Positions 18,378-29,507 of a stretch of DNA of 64,000 nucleotides are shown here, in pieces (the stretch's first letter is position 1; each line of letters begins with the position of its first letter). Position numbers and translations under genes: made by a program. The notes under the pieces were generated by a model. That model ran no database searches, was not told where the DNA came from, and saw only the letters and a program-made list of their open reading frames with translations. The stretch is from an uncultured delta proteobacterium (GTDB taxonomy: Bacteria > Myxococcota_A > Polyangia > Fen-1088): NCBI GenBank assembly GCA_963737265.1, contig CAVTRY010000007.1:288001-352000 (forward strand), given 5' to 3'.

Positions 18378-19873
18378 GATGCCACCTGTTCGAGGAGCAG
18401 GTCGTAGGACGCGAGATCGACCAGCGGTGCTTCGAGCGCGGGGACGCTCGGTGGATAGGTACTGTCCGTCGCCTGTGTGCATCTCTTCTTGGTTGCATCC
18501 GCCGTCAAGATGGTCCCATCGGCAAGCAGAGTCGTGAGCGCTTGCTCGACATCGGCTTCCATCGTGCTGGCGGCCAGGTGAAGAATGCGCAGGTATTCAA
18601 CGTCGCCTTTGATTCCAGGCTTGGTCGCCTGGATCGCGTCGTATGCCCGCCTGAAAGTCACGCTTGGAAACAGCTCTTCTCGGTAGACGTAGCGAGAAAA
18701 CGCGCCCGGCTTGCGCACCAAAGACCAGATGACGTGCCGGTAGTCGATGCGCGCGGTCTTGCCTCGCAGCCTGTCGCAGGCCAATTCCAAGTTGTCGGCG
18801 TAGTACACCTCGATTCGGTGCTCGAACACGCGGACTCTCACCCGTGCGCCGATCAGCCTCGACGGCACCGAGTAGGCGCACGACTTGACCCGGATGGTGC
18901 TCGTCGACGCCACAGGTGCCGTCATTTCTGCGTACTCCGGCAAACGCTCCACCACCAGCGGCCGCATGGCTTCGATCTCCTCGGCGACGCGCGGGCCTCG
19001 CGAAGCGTTGGCTTTGCGGACCACCTTGGCTACGAAGCGTTCGTAGTCGTCTTGGTCCGCGAAGTCGCGGCTGCCACGCACCAGCAACGCTTGTTCAAGC
19101 CGACGCTTGAGCGCGCCGTTGCTGGCCTCCACATCGCCGTTTTGTTCCTTGGCCCCGACGGCTGTAGTTCGTGGCTCCATTCCGAGGTGCCGCATGACCG
19201 CCTTGTATTCATCGTTGAAAGTGCGATCTTCCGCATCGCGAGCGATCTGATGTGTCGCCGCCGTCGAGTGGTCGGTTTGGTGGTATCGCGGCACCCGCCC
19301 AAGCTGGAACAGCGCCGACTGGATCCCTCGCCGAAGCGCTGCCAGAGACTCCGACAGACACGCGGTCGCCCATTGCCAGTTCGAGTACGGCAGCACCGTC
19401 ACGCACAAAAGGTGCACAAATAGCTGGCCCACGATCGTCACACCAAGCTCCGCCGTCGACGTGAAGTCGGTTTGCGCGGCTTCACCGGGCCGATGCGCCT
19501 GCGTGAACCAAATCTCACGCGCAGGACCATGCTCGGCCCGCCAGCGACGGATTCGCCGCTGCATTGTCCGAAGATGGCTCTCGTTGTACCGCCCTGGCTG
19601 CTTCGCCTCCAGCAGCTCCAGCACCGTCTGAGCCTCCAGCCCAGGCGTTTCCTCCAGCAACTTGGCCACGGCTGGCCAGTCCTCGGCGAACGCGTCAGGG
19701 CGCGTCCGCCACCACCGCGGCTGCCGTAGCTCCGACGGTAGCTTGCCCGCGGCGATGTATCGCCGCCCTGTCTTCCGGTCCATGCCCGCCTTCATGGCGG
19801 CCTGGCCTACTTTTCCAATCTTGCTCATCTCTTCCATCAAACGCCTCACTTGGGCGTCGGTGACCGGCTTCAA
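18374..19873 (-). CDS. istA: IS21 transposase
   Basis: 'AGMDRKTGRRY', 'PGEAAQTDF', 'YSVPSRLIG'. Confidence 0.92.
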   Translation of the reverse strand: MKPVTDAQVRRLMEEMSKIGKVGQAAMKAGMDRKTGRRYIAAGKLPSELRQPRWWRTRPDAFAEDWPAVAKLLEETPGLEAQTVLELLEAKQPGRYNESHLRTMQRRIRRWRAEHGPAREIWFTQAHRPGEAAQTDFTSTAELGVTIVGQLFVHLLCVTVLPYSNWQWATACLSESLAALRRGIQSALFQLGRVPRYHQTDHSTAATHQIARDAEDRTFNDEYKAVMRHLGMEPRTTAVGAKEQNGDVEASNGALKRRLEQALLVRGSRDFADQDDYERFVAKVVRKANASRGPRVAEEIEAMRPLVVERLPEYAEMTAPVASTSTIRVKSCAYSVPSRLIGARVRVRVFEHRIEVYYADNLELACDRLRGKTARIDYRHVIWSLVRKPGAFSRYVYREELFPSVTFRRAYDAIQATKPGIKGDVEYLRILHLAASTMEADVEQALTTLLADGTILTADATKKRCTQATDSTYPPSVPALEAPLVDLASYDLLLEQVAS

Positions 19874-19985
19874 AGGTGCCTCCTGCCCGCTTGCGGGCTT
19901 GGAGGTCTACCTCACGGTCACCGTCGCGCCTCAAAGCGGGGCGACGTAGCTGTCGTCTTTGGGGAGATGTAATTGTCGCTCAGCA

Positions 19986-20068
19986 GATCGAGGCATTCCC
20001 GGCAGCAAGCATGGCGCGGTCGCAGTCATCCAGTGCGCCAACAGCGACCTGCGCTGTAACCCTCATTC
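19986..20068 (+). pseudogene. continuation of the ISCR/IS91 transposase
   Basis: 'DRGIPGSKHGAVAVIQCANSDLRCNPH' resembles the IS91 'GAVT.IQR...NPH' motif and continues the fragment left of IS21. Confidence 0.75.
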
Positions 20069-20189
20069 TACCGGGCGGTGGCGACGTCGCTTCCCACCTG
20101 CACGTGGCGCGCGGTGTGCCGCCGGGCCGAACGACAGTGCGCCTGGCCGCAACCGAAAACCTGGGCTCGCAGGTCGTTCCTTATCTCAA

Positions 20190-20510
20190 CCGGCTTTCTT
20201 TGCTGCTGTTCTCGATGGGCAAGCCACCCTTGACGGTGTGCCAGCACTGCTCGACACGCATGAGCTGCTTGTAGCCAAGCGCCAGCCAAGGCCATCCTAG
20301 AGAAGAACGGCTTTTCCGACGTCACCAATGCCGGAGGGCTCAAGGACATGCCGCCCCGCTAGTCTTGTGTGACACGTTCACGTACGAACGGCAGCACCTT
20401 CTTGTGTCTGGCTCAACGTGCATGCCCACGTGCGCGTGGGCGCCAATGACCGCGACGGACTCGAGCACCTGTGCCGGTACCTTGCCAGGACGCCGATTGC
20501 GAACGCGGTC
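20190..20510. pseudogene. mosaic of fragments: IS1634-like (minus), rhodanese C-terminus (plus), ISCR transposase (plus)
   Basis: 'YKQLMRVEQCWHTVK'; 'AKAILEKNGFSDVTNAGGLKDM*'; 'NVHAHVRVGANDRDGLEHLCRYLARTPIA'. Confidence 0.55.
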
Positions 20511-20706
20511 TGCAAGTAGGCGCCCCAGTGCCAGCGCCGCGGGTGGAGCAACCCTCGGCGCTTCACCTCGGTGGCAATCTCCTCGTCACTCAGACCTGCC
20601 GAGAACAGCGCCGCGATGGCTTGCTCCACCTCGACGGAGGATCGATACCATCCGGACCCGCGTCCCAGCCGCGCAACGGTCAGCTCGCTCACCGCTCCCG
20701 TCTGCC

Positions 20707-21390
20707 CTACATCGTCGCGAACAAGCCTTGCAGCATGCCGGCGAGGGCGGTCAGAAGTTGCTCCACGTCGAGCGCGGGCGGATGGTGCACGAGCGTGCGG
20801 CCTACGTTGCCCAAGGTCACGCACGCGAGCCAGGCCATGGGGCGAACACTGTCCTCCGTGCGATTGAAACGTGTGGCGAAGATTCTGGTGGTGGCTTCCG
20901 AGAAGGACTGAATCTCCGCGCCCGATATCTCTTCCTGCAGCTCTTCCGAAATCGCTCGCAGGCGCGCAGGCGCATCCGCGTGCAGCTCGGCCATTGCACG
21001 CGTCAATCCGACCATGACATCGACCATGTCCAGTCCAGGATCCGCAAGGCGAGCCAGCGTGTGCTGAATGAGAGGCATCACCTGGTCGCGGTGTCGTTCT
21101 TGTAGTGCCGCGAAAATCGCCTCCTTGTTGGGAAAGTATTGGTAGAGCGAGCCGATGGACACGCCGGCGCGTTCCGCGACCGCATTGGTGGTCACCCCGA
21201 GCCTGCCGTGCTCTACCAGCAATCGGCCGGCCGCCTCGACGATGGCGTCCACGGTTTGGCGGGACCGATCTTGCGCCGGGTCTCGTCGTGGACGACGGTC
21301 GAGCCGAGGTCCCGGAATGTGAGCCGGCGCTGCCCTTATGGGGCGTGCCTGTCGCGTTCCGATCGGTGTTTTGCGGGTTTTGCCGTTCAT
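20707..21390 (-). CDS. TetR/AcrR-family regulator
   Basis: 'TTNAVAERAGVSIGSLYQYFPNKEAI'. Confidence 0.9.
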   Translation of the reverse strand: MNGKTRKTPIGTRQARPIRAAPAHIPGPRLDRRPRRDPAQDRSRQTVDAIVEAAGRLLVEHGRLGVTTNAVAERAGVSIGSLYQYFPNKEAIFAALQERHRDQVMPLIQHTLARLADPGLDMVDVMVGLTRAMAELHADAPARLRAISEELQEEISGAEIQSFSEATTRIFATRFNRTEDSVRPMAWLACVTLGNVGRTLVHHPPALDVEQLLTALAGMLQGLFATM

Positions 21391-21479
21391 GGGGAAAGGC
21401 GAGTTTTCACGGTAAAAACAAACGTGCATGCTTTCAGCGAGAACCTAGCCCGCACAGCGGGCAGCAAGGAGCGAGTGCC

Positions 21480-22070
21480 ATGCAACCATCGAAGGCAACC
21501 GAGAGCAAGATCGTTCACACCTGTCCAGTCTGGATTGGCCACCTATTGGCTAGCCCTCTGCGACGCCTGTTCGAGAACCCGGCCACCGTTGTCCTGCCGT
21601 TGCTCAGACCCAAGGATCGCGTGCTCGAGCTTGGCCCGGCGCTGGGATTCTTCACCCTCCCGGTCGCCGAGGCGCTGGGTCCTGAAGGAAAGCTCGTGTG
21701 CGTCGACGTGCAGGAAGGCATGCTGCGACGATTGCGCAGACGCCTCGAGAAACGCGGGCTCGCCGGCCGAACCGAGTTGCGCCAATGCACGCACGAAGAT
21801 CTCGGGCTTGCTGACCTCGAAGGAACCTGCGATCTCGTGCTCGCGCTTCACGTGATCCACGAGACCGTTTCGCCTGCCGGAACCATGAAGGCACTGGCCA
21901 GATGCTTGAAGCCCGGCGGTCGCCTGTTGCTGGTTGAACCGCCCGGGCATTGCTCGCCCGCCGTTTTTCAATCAGAGGTCGAGGCAGCGGGAGCAGCAGG
22001 CCTGGAACGAGCTCCGCACCCGCGCGCCGAGGGCCGCAGGAACCTCGCGCTGTGGAGGCGACCCGCATAG
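21480..22070 (+). CDS. class I SAM-dependent methyltransferase
   Basis: AAGGAG RBS; 'VLELGPALGFF', 'VDVQ', 'LKPGGRLLL'; divergent from TetR. Confidence 0.85.
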   Translation: MQPSKATESKIVHTCPVWIGHLLASPLRRLFENPATVVLPLLRPKDRVLELGPALGFFTLPVAEALGPEGKLVCVDVQEGMLRRLRRRLEKRGLAGRTELRQCTHEDLGLADLEGTCDLVLALHVIHETVSPAGTMKALARCLKPGGRLLLVEPPGHCSPAVFQSEVEAAGAAGLERAPHPRAEGRRNLALWRRPA

Positions 22071-22223
22071 GCAACCCTCTTGATGTGCACTGCCTACGTT
22101 CCGTTCGGAGTGCGGATACTGGAGGGGCGCGACAAGTAGGTGGGATTCGAAGTGCCGTGAACGATGTGAAATGAGCTGTAGATAACTCGACCACAGCCTT
22201 CGTCGGACGACGACTTCACCGGC

Positions 22224-22720
22224 GTGTCAATCGTGAAATGCTTGGCAGCGCGGAATCGCAAGGCGATGCGCCAGTTGGTGCTGGCGGTGGGGCCAGCGAT
22301 GTTGCGGGCGGTTCGCAAAGTGCTCGGGGGCGCGACGGCGCGGAAGACGTATTGCAGGACGCGGTCGAGGGACCGCTTCATGCTATCCGAGGATTCGGTG
22401 GCCCGTTCAGAGTCGCGCCCGCGACGGCAGGCGACTGCAGCTCCGGCGCCAAAGAAAGACGACGCCGCAGCGCCGTTCGCCGAAGCGAATGCCGTGCGTC
22501 GGGCGGGCGAGTTACGACAGGCCGTGGGGCTCTATCAGTCATTGCGACGGCAGTTCCCGGAATCGGGCCAAGCGTTGCTTGCCTCGCTGTCGGTCGCGGA
22601 TATTCTTCTCGATCTCGGCGATCCTGCGGGCGCCATCGGGGCGTATGATTCGTATCTGAATCGCAACCCGCCCGGCGCGCTGACCGAAGAAGCCTTGTTC
22701 GGCCGAGCCGAACTGCGCTC
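22224..22720 (+). pseudogene. fused remnants of an ECF sigma factor N-terminus and a TPR protein
   Basis: 'AMRQLVLAVGPAMLRAVRKVLG..AEDVLQD' followed by 'FAEANAVRRAG...YDSYLNRNPPGALTEEALFGRA'. Confidence 0.45.
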
Positions 22721-22989
22721 AGATCGATTTTTAGCCCACCCCACGGTGCCTGGCGCAGGTAGCGCGCGAAACGCGGGGTCGATAGAAGTTCGCAGGTTCG
22801 CCTCCAGCGCTCGCTTGGCATCTTGTGTGGGCGCGACCTTGTAGGCTTTGTAGTCGCAACTTTTTCGCGCCGTCTCCGCATCGACGTGTTTACGCAAAGG
22901 CGCTAGCACCTCGGTCCCCGCGGCACGCAGCTTGCGCAAATGGCGAATATTGAGCAGCACGAGGCCCGCCTCCACCGCCCACCAGCACG

Positions 22990-23060
22990 GCGGCACCGGA
23001 TCGAGAATGTTCGCGGTGGCTATGAACATCACCTTCGACAGATCGAACGGCAGCAACTTC
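22990..23060 (-). pseudogene. short Lon protease fragment
   Basis: 'LPFDLSKVMFIATANILDPVP' is the Lon AAA+ signature. Confidence 0.55.
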
Positions 23061-23088
23061 TGTAACCCGCTGACCGACATCCTCCTTC

Positions 23089-24141
23089 GTGGAGGCAGCG
23101 GCATGCGCAAAACCTGCGACCGGTTACACCTATGCCCGCCGGGAGCCGGAAAAGACTGCCCTTTTCCAGGTGCTCCAGCAGCACCTTCTGACCTTCGAGC
23201 AAGAGTGGACCGACAAGTCCGACGGCCGCACGCTGCCCAGCTTCGTGACTGACGAGCTGCACGACTTCCTAGGCTGTGGAATCTTGGCGCGAGGCTTCGC
23301 ACAACTTCTTTGCAAGACCTGCCACGAGCGGTATGCGGTCGCTTGGAGCTGCAAGGGTCGCGGCTTCTGTCCAAGCTGCGGCGGCAGACGCATGAACGCG
23401 GGCGTCCTGACTCTGGTCGACTACGTCCTGCCCGAAGTGCCCATCCGACAATTCGTGCTGACCGTGCCTTTCTCGCTGAGATTTCCCTTGGCCTCCGACG
23501 GAAAATTGCTCGGCCAAGTCCTGCGCATCTTCATCGACACCGTGGCGTCCAACTATCGCAGGCGCCTGGCAGATCGGGGTATTGCCGACGGCGAGTCTGG
23601 CGCCGTCACGCGATCATCCCCCCTCCGCGTCGTCATGTCGTCAGATATTCGGGGGTCATCTCAGCACACTCCAGCCTCCGCAGCCAAGTCGTCCCAGTCC
23701 CGGCCGCGGCCACGCCCGAGGAAAACGACAAGCCTTCACTGCTCCTTTCACACTACATTTCTTGGAGCCAGCTCCTAAAAAAGACATTCGACATCGACAC
23801 GATCTGCCCGTGCTGCCAAGAGCCCGCTGCGCCTCATCGCCATGATCGAGACCGAGGACACCATCAAAAAGATTCTCTCTGCCATGGGGCTACCCATCGA
23901 GGCGCCCAAGCTCTGGCCCGCACGGCCGCCTCCCTCGCAATCTGGTGGCGAGGGCGGAGACTGGCTGAACTGACGGCACCTCGACCAGGGCGGGATGGAG
24001 TAGACTGCCCTGCGTGCTCGAGAAAGACCCCGTCAGGCCCCAGAAACCCGGTCAAGTGCGCTGCGCCAACGTGATCGGGGCCGACCTGATGCGGTCCGAC
24101 AGGGTTCTCCAACGCTCAAAACACCCCTTCGAAATGCCTAC
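23089..24141 (+). mobile_element. internally deleted ISCR/IS91-family element with oriIS-like end
   Basis: Zn-finger N-terminus; jump at ~23610 from 'GAVT' to 'IIPPPRRHVVRYSGV' removes the HUH core; stop at 23973; ends CCCCTTCGAAATGCCTAC|GGTCA. Confidence 0.85.
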
Positions 24142-24274
24142 GGTCAAGCGCCCCTGGATGCAGGATCTCGTGGTGCGCTGAACCTGAGACGCTTCACTTC
24201 AAGGCAGATTTGCGATGCCGCCAGTCAATGAAAAACATCATCTGGTCTGAGCTTTTTCATGGTACTTTCAGCCG

Positions 24275-25423
24275 GTGATTCATCGCTCGGTCTATGAAGC
24301 ACTGGTGCGGCGGGCACTGACGCGTAGCCCTGTCGTTTCCGTGCTTGGGCCCCGCCAAGTGGGAAAGACCACCCTTGCTCGAACCGTTGCGCGCGTCCCC
24401 AGGGTGACGGTCTTCGATCTGGAAAACCCCGCCGATTTTGCTCGGCTTTCGGCGCCCATGCGTGCACTCGAACCCCTGCGTGGACTCGTGGTCATCGACG
24501 AGATCCAGCGGTTGCCGAAACTTTTCGAAATTCTTCGCGTCCTTGCAGATCGGCCCCGGACCCCGGCAAGGTTCTTAATCCTGGGCAGTGCCGATCCGCG
24601 CCTGGTGCGCGGGGTATCCGAGAGCCTCGCGGGTCGTGTCAGTCACGTCGACGTCGGCGGGTTCGACCTTCATGAAGTTGGCGTGGACAGCTTCATTCGG
24701 CTTTGGCTTCGCGGCGGCTTTCCACGCTCGTTCCTGGGGAAATCGGACGGCGCCAGCCTGTCGTGGCGCCGCGACTATGTGCGGGACTTTCTTCAACGCG
24801 ATCTGAGCGAGCTGGGGGTGACCATTCCGGCCGCTACCTTGGGTCGCTTTTGGAACATGGTCGCCCACTATCACGGCGGGATCTGGAATGCCGCGGAGTT
24901 TGCCCGGTCCCTCGGAACATCGGAAAACACCGCTCGACACTACCTCGACATTCTCTCTGGTGCTTGGGCCGTGCGCGTCCTGCAGCCGTGGTTCGAGAAT
25001 CTGGGCAAGCGGCAACTCCGCTCCCCCAAGATCTATGTCCGCGACCCTGGGTTGCTGCACGCTTTACTTGACGTCGAGAGCCACCACCAACTGATGGGGC
25101 ATCCGAAGGTGGGCGCATCTTGGGAGGGCTTCGCCATCGAGCAAGTTCTTGCGGTCCTCGGAGTTCGCGAGGCCTATTTCTGGGGCACGCACCAAGGGGC
25201 CGAGCTTGATCTCCTGGTCACGCGCGGCGGGAGGCGCTACGGGTTCGAGATGAAGATGGCCGATGCTCCGACCGCTTCCAAGTCCATGCGGATTGCGATC
25301 GGGGATCTCAAATTGGAGCGACTCTTCGTGGTCTACCCAGGTCGGCAATCGTATCCGATAGACCGGCACATCGAGGTGCTTTCGATTCTAGACTTGCCGG
25401 CACGCCTTTCGGCTTTGAAATGA
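24275..25423 (+). CDS. AAA_14 ATPase with DUF4143 C-terminal domain
   Basis: 'GPRQVGKTT', 'IDEIQ', 'ESLAGR', 'PKIYVRDPG', 'ELDLL..FEMK'. Confidence 0.88.
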   Translation: MIHRSVYEALVRRALTRSPVVSVLGPRQVGKTTLARTVARVPRVTVFDLENPADFARLSAPMRALEPLRGLVVIDEIQRLPKLFEILRVLADRPRTPARFLILGSADPRLVRGVSESLAGRVSHVDVGGFDLHEVGVDSFIRLWLRGGFPRSFLGKSDGASLSWRRDYVRDFLQRDLSELGVTIPAATLGRFWNMVAHYHGGIWNAAEFARSLGTSENTARHYLDILSGAWAVRVLQPWFENLGKRQLRSPKIYVRDPGLLHALLDVESHHQLMGHPKVGASWEGFAIEQVLAVLGVREAYFWGTHQGAELDLLVTRGGRRYGFEMKMADAPTASKSMRIAIGDLKLERLFVVYPGRQSYPIDRHIEVLSILDLPARLSALK

Positions 25424-25679
25424 ATCTCGTTACCCGAGGCGCGGGGGATGTGTCGCGAGAGGGGTGTCTGCTAGTCTTTCCTGGCCATCCGGCCGAAACG
25501 GAGCAATCCGACCAGGGCAGCCTCCCGCCACGCCGAGGCCGGAGCTATCCGTGCGAATCTCTCGGTAGAGGACACCAAGGGTTGGAATCGCGAAGTCGGC
25601 GATAGGGTCCGTGTCGATTGCCGTTGTAACTTGTATTGAAGACCCAGCTACGAGCCAGGACCTCCTGGAGTTATGGCGT

Positions 25680-26386
25680 CGCAAATGCAACAAGTGTGAA
25701 ATTGCAGAGGAAATTACGCCTTGGCTGACTTGCCCCGCGAGCCCGGCGAAAGCATCGTTGTCGCATGTCCACCTCGCTCTGCCGTAACGCGTATGACCAC
25801 CGGCTTCGCGACATCACTTGCGAAGAAGGTGACCCCATGCTGTTCCGTGACCTCGGTGTGCCGCGCTCCACTGCGGCCAGCTGGATTCGCCGCGGCCAGC
25901 GCCCGGTCGTTTCCGCCCAGGTCCTTGCCTTGGACCAGCTCGAACTCCAGGCCGAGGTCCTCGCTCTTGAGCGCAGGATTAAGTTCCTCCTTGCCGTCAT
26001 CCGCTTGGCCTTCCTCCTTGTGCGCCTCTCCGGTTTTCGTCTCGACACCAAGCACGTGCCTGACGGCGCCACCAAGCGGTCCATCCTGGACGCCATCGCG
26101 CACGCCACGAAGGTTATCCCGCTTGCCGTGGCTCTCCGGGTGTTGCGGCTGTCCGCTGCAAGGTTTCATGATTGGAGCAAACGCCCGCCAGACTGCTCTC
26201 TCGACGATCGTTCGAGTTGCCCTCACACGTCGCCCACGCAGGTCACCGCCAAAGAGATTTCCGACATGCGGGACATGGTCGTCTCGAATCCAATCGAGAT
26301 CTGTCCTGTGAAGCGTGTCGACTACCGGTCCAAGACACGCCCGACACCTCGGATTCCTCTGCAATCTCCAGCGTGTTGCAATTGCG
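25680..26386 (+). mobile_element. internally deleted IS derivative with terminal inverted repeats
   Basis: TGCAACAAGTGTGAAATTGCAGAGGAA (25686-25712) vs rc of 26354-26380 (22/27); contains a transposase-like N-terminus 25765-26290; no TSD seen. Confidence 0.6.
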
Positions 26387-26602
26387 CGAAGGATCGGCTG
26401 CAATGTCCTGATTCGCAGCCGTGTTCTGCACTTTGTGAACATTGCGTCTCACGCGGCCGAGGCGCCTGCGAACCGGACCGGCGAGGACGAGATTGCGCTG
26501 TTCCTCGAGACTTGGTTCACCACACGCGCGCGCAGCGTTCCGTCAACAGCCCTCACGCGAACGCGAAGAAATTGGTTCGGGCCGGTGGACCTTCATGCCA
26601 CC

Positions 26603-28636
26603 ATGCCCGGAATGGAATCGGGCTTCGAGGCAAGCCAAAACAACAGGCCATGGCGCGGGTGGCTGCTCCTCGTGGGTTGCGCGGTGGCCCTGCTGGCCGC
26701 CCTGGGCGCGTACCGCGTGGTCGACGACCCGGATCTGTTTTGGCACCTCAAGGTTGGCGAACAAATCCTGGCCGAGCACGCGGTGCCGACCACGGATCGC
26801 TATTCGTACACCTTCGAAGGTCGTCCATTTCCCATCGTCGATTGGGCCGCCGAGGCGACGATGGCCTGGCTTCATCTGCGCTTCGGCGCTGGCGGACTCT
26901 TTGCCATGGCCGCGCTGTTGGCCGCGGCTACCATGCTCTTGGTGGCGCTTCGTATGCGCGCCGCCAGCGAACGGCATTCGCCCACGTTGGCTGCGCTGTT
27001 TCTGCTTCTGGTCTACGCCGTCGCGACTTTTCGATTCACGCCCAGGCCGCAAACCTTTCTTTGGGTCTGCCTTGGCGTTCTTCTGGCGCTTTTAGAACGG
27101 GCGCGGGACAATCGAGCTCTTGCGCCGGTCTGGCTGGTTCCGCCGTTGGCCGTGGTGTGGGCCAATCTCCACTCCTCGTCGATTCTTGCGTTGGTATTCC
27201 TGGGCGCCTTCGTCACGGGCGAGCTGTGGACGGAACGCGCGCATGTTCGCCCGCGCTTGGCGAAGACCTGGCGCGCCTTGCTTGGGCTGGGCCTGCTCAG
27301 CATCGCCGCGTGCTTCGTGGTGCCCCACGCGGGCGGCCGATTGCATGCTACGTTCGCTGCGTTTTTCTCGCCGTATTCCACCAGCGTGCTTTCGGAGTGG
27401 CAACCGACGACGCTGGACCAGTGGCTCGCGCCGAGCGGGCTTTTGCTGGTGCTGACCACAATGGGACTGGTTCTCGATCGCCGTCGCACGCACGCCTCCG
27501 AAGTGTTGGCTTTTGCCGTTGCCGCGTGGCTTGGATTTCGTCATATCCGCTTCCTGCCTATTCTGGCGCTGGTGGGCGCCCCCCTTGCGTACCGGCACTG
27601 GTTGAATCTGCTTTTCCGTCGAAGTCGACCGGGCGATGGCGGAGCGCCGCCACGCTGGACTCGAATCTGGGCGCGTGTCGATGGCTGGAGCGCGGTGGCC
27701 ATGATCGCGGGCTTCGCCTGGGCGACCATGCTTGCGGACAGCAGGAGCCCGTGGCTGGGCGGGTTGGGGAAGCCCCACGCCGACTTCGCGGGCATGGCGT
27801 ATCCCGTGGGAGCGACGGATTTCCTGGCCCGGGAACGTCCCGGCGGGCACATGTACAACACTTTTCACTTCGGCGGCTATTTGCTCTACCGGCTGGGACC
27901 AGAGGTGAAAGTGTTTGTCGATGGGCGCACATCCAACGTTTACGACGACGCGCACATGCGTGATGTCATGGAAATTCGTTCGAGGTGGCGCCACACCTTT
28001 GCCCGCTGGGATATCCAGTACGCGGTGGTTCAGCACGGGGAAATCGAAGACCAGCTCGCGGCGGATCCTCGCTGGTCGTTGGTCTACCTCGACGATGCAG
28101 CGTTGGTGTTCGTGCGCAAGGATGGCGTGAACGCGGCCTTGGCGGGCAGGTTGGCATACCGCGCGTTGCGACCGCCGTTCGCTCGGCCGCCCGCCGACGA
28201 AGCCGAACGAACCCTGTTTGTCGAAGAGTGCGAGCGCGCGGTTCGCGAAGCGCCTCGTTCAGCGCTGGCGCGTATCCTGCGTGGACGGGCGCGGGCGGCC
28301 ACCGGTGATGTGCCGGGATTCGAGGCGGACATGCACGAGGCAAGGACCTTGGATCCGACGCGTGCCGAACCATGGATTCGGCTGGGGCTGCTCGCCTTCG
28401 GCCGAGGACGGATGTTGGAAGCGGCCGAGAGCCTGGCGCGCGCTGCGGTGCTGGAAAGGAACCCCAACGTTTTCGGCATGCAAAGGGCCGCCGCGAACCT
28501 GGCGTTGGGAAATCGGAGTGCCGCGCTCGAACATTCTGCGCCCTCTGGTCAACGAAGGTCACGGCATCGAGGATCTTCTGTCGACAGCGACCGCGCTGGC
28601 GTCCGGGGGCGGAAGCAAGCCCTAGCGACGGGCTAA
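26603..28636 (+). CDS. polytopic membrane protein (GT-C-like) with C-terminal TPR
   Basis: 'DPDLFWHLKVGEQI', 'WANLH', 'GGYL...VFVDGR'; the tail may be frameshifted. Confidence 0.65.
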   Translation: MPGMESGFEASQNNRPWRGWLLLVGCAVALLAALGAYRVVDDPDLFWHLKVGEQILAEHAVPTTDRYSYTFEGRPFPIVDWAAEATMAWLHLRFGAGGLFAMAALLAAATMLLVALRMRAASERHSPTLAALFLLLVYAVATFRFTPRPQTFLWVCLGVLLALLERARDNRALAPVWLVPPLAVVWANLHSSSILALVFLGAFVTGELWTERAHVRPRLAKTWRALLGLGLLSIAACFVVPHAGGRLHATFAAFFSPYSTSVLSEWQPTTLDQWLAPSGLLLVLTTMGLVLDRRRTHASEVLAFAVAAWLGFRHIRFLPILALVGAPLAYRHWLNLLFRRSRPGDGGAPPRWTRIWARVDGWSAVAMIAGFAWATMLADSRSPWLGGLGKPHADFAGMAYPVGATDFLARERPGGHMYNTFHFGGYLLYRLGPEVKVFVDGRTSNVYDDAHMRDVMEIRSRWRHTFARWDIQYAVVQHGEIEDQLAADPRWSLVYLDDAALVFVRKDGVNAALAGRLAYRALRPPFARPPADEAERTLFVEECERAVREAPRSALARILRGRARAATGDVPGFEADMHEARTLDPTRAEPWIRLGLLAFGRGRMLEAAESLARAAVLERNPNVFGMQRAAANLALGNRSAALEHSAPSGQRRSRHRGSSVDSDRAGVRGRKQALATG

Positions 28637-28844
28637 GCGAGGGGCCAGGTCGCCGCGCTGGTGCTTTTCCCGGGCGGTGAAGTCGAGACGGACACGTCTT
28701 CTCCAATCGTGCCATCCTGGAGAGGCGCCCCTTTCTGCCGCCTTCCGCGACGTCGCTGCGCTTGTCGCGAGATTACGGGGGGAACTACTACGCTTGCCTT
28801 ACTCGTCAGTAGATTGGTAAGGCAAAGCTGCGAGGCTACGGGGG

Positions 28845-29507
28845 CTATTTCGCGCCCGCTTTCTGCGCGCGGACGGCCTCGCGCCATTCGTAGAGTTGCT
28901 CGCGATAGGCTTCGGCGATATCGTGAGCCTTGAGCTGCTGCTCCTGCGCGAGCAACGCTTCGGCATCGAAATACGCCTTGGTGTCGTTCTCGTCCATTTG
29001 TGCCTGCGCATCCGGGTGTTTGGCCTCACTGCTCGATGAGCCGCCGGGCAACGCGTGCCGAAAGCCTCCGCCTCTTCCCATTCCACGTCCGCCTCCCCCG
29101 CCAGGCCCGCGACCTCCGCCGCCGCCTCCGGGCGAATTTGAATCCTGGCCGTTGTTGGTCGGCGCGCTTGCTGGAGCGGCCTCGCTGCTCTTGCCGGAGC
29201 TCGGCGCGGCCGTCTTCTTACTGTTGCCGCCAGGCTGATTGGCGGCGCGAATAGCCTCGTTGGCGGCCAGCATTTGCCGGTCGATGTCTTCCAGCTTCGT
29301 CGTTTGCTCCAGGGTCAGTTGCAATTCACCTTGGTGGGCCAAAACTGCTGCGACTGACGAATGAAACAGCGGAGGCTTCGGGGCTGGTGCGGGCGCCGCC
29401 AAGACAGGCTGGGCTACCGGTTCGAGCGGCGCCTCGGCGCATGCCATGGTCAGTACCAGCAGCGTCGTCAAACATGTCCTGCCAATTGTTGCGCTACACG
29501 CGGACAT
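28845..29507 (-). CDS. hypothetical lipoprotein with Gly-rich segment
   Basis: 'LLVLTMAC' lipobox-like; 'ELQLTLEQTTKL' helical Spy-like motif. Confidence 0.55.
   Translation of the reverse strand: MSACSATIGRTCLTTLLVLTMACAEAPLEPVAQPVLAAPAPAPKPPLFHSSVAAVLAHQGELQLTLEQTTKLEDIDRQMLAANEAIRAANQPGGNSKKTAAPSSGKSSEAAPASAPTNNGQDSNSPGGGGGGRGPGGGGGRGMGRGGGFRHALPGGSSSSEAKHPDAQAQMDENDTKAYFDAEALLAQEQQLKAHDIAEAYREQLYEWREAVRAQKAGAK

Larger units (their letters stand above)
17493..19985 (-). mobile_element. IS21-family element (2493 bp) with 6-bp TSD GATCGA
   Basis: Ends TGCTGGACGTCAACTACAT / rc TGCTGAGCGACAATTACAT; GATCGA at 17487-17492 and 19986-19991; istA-istB. Confidence 0.93.
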
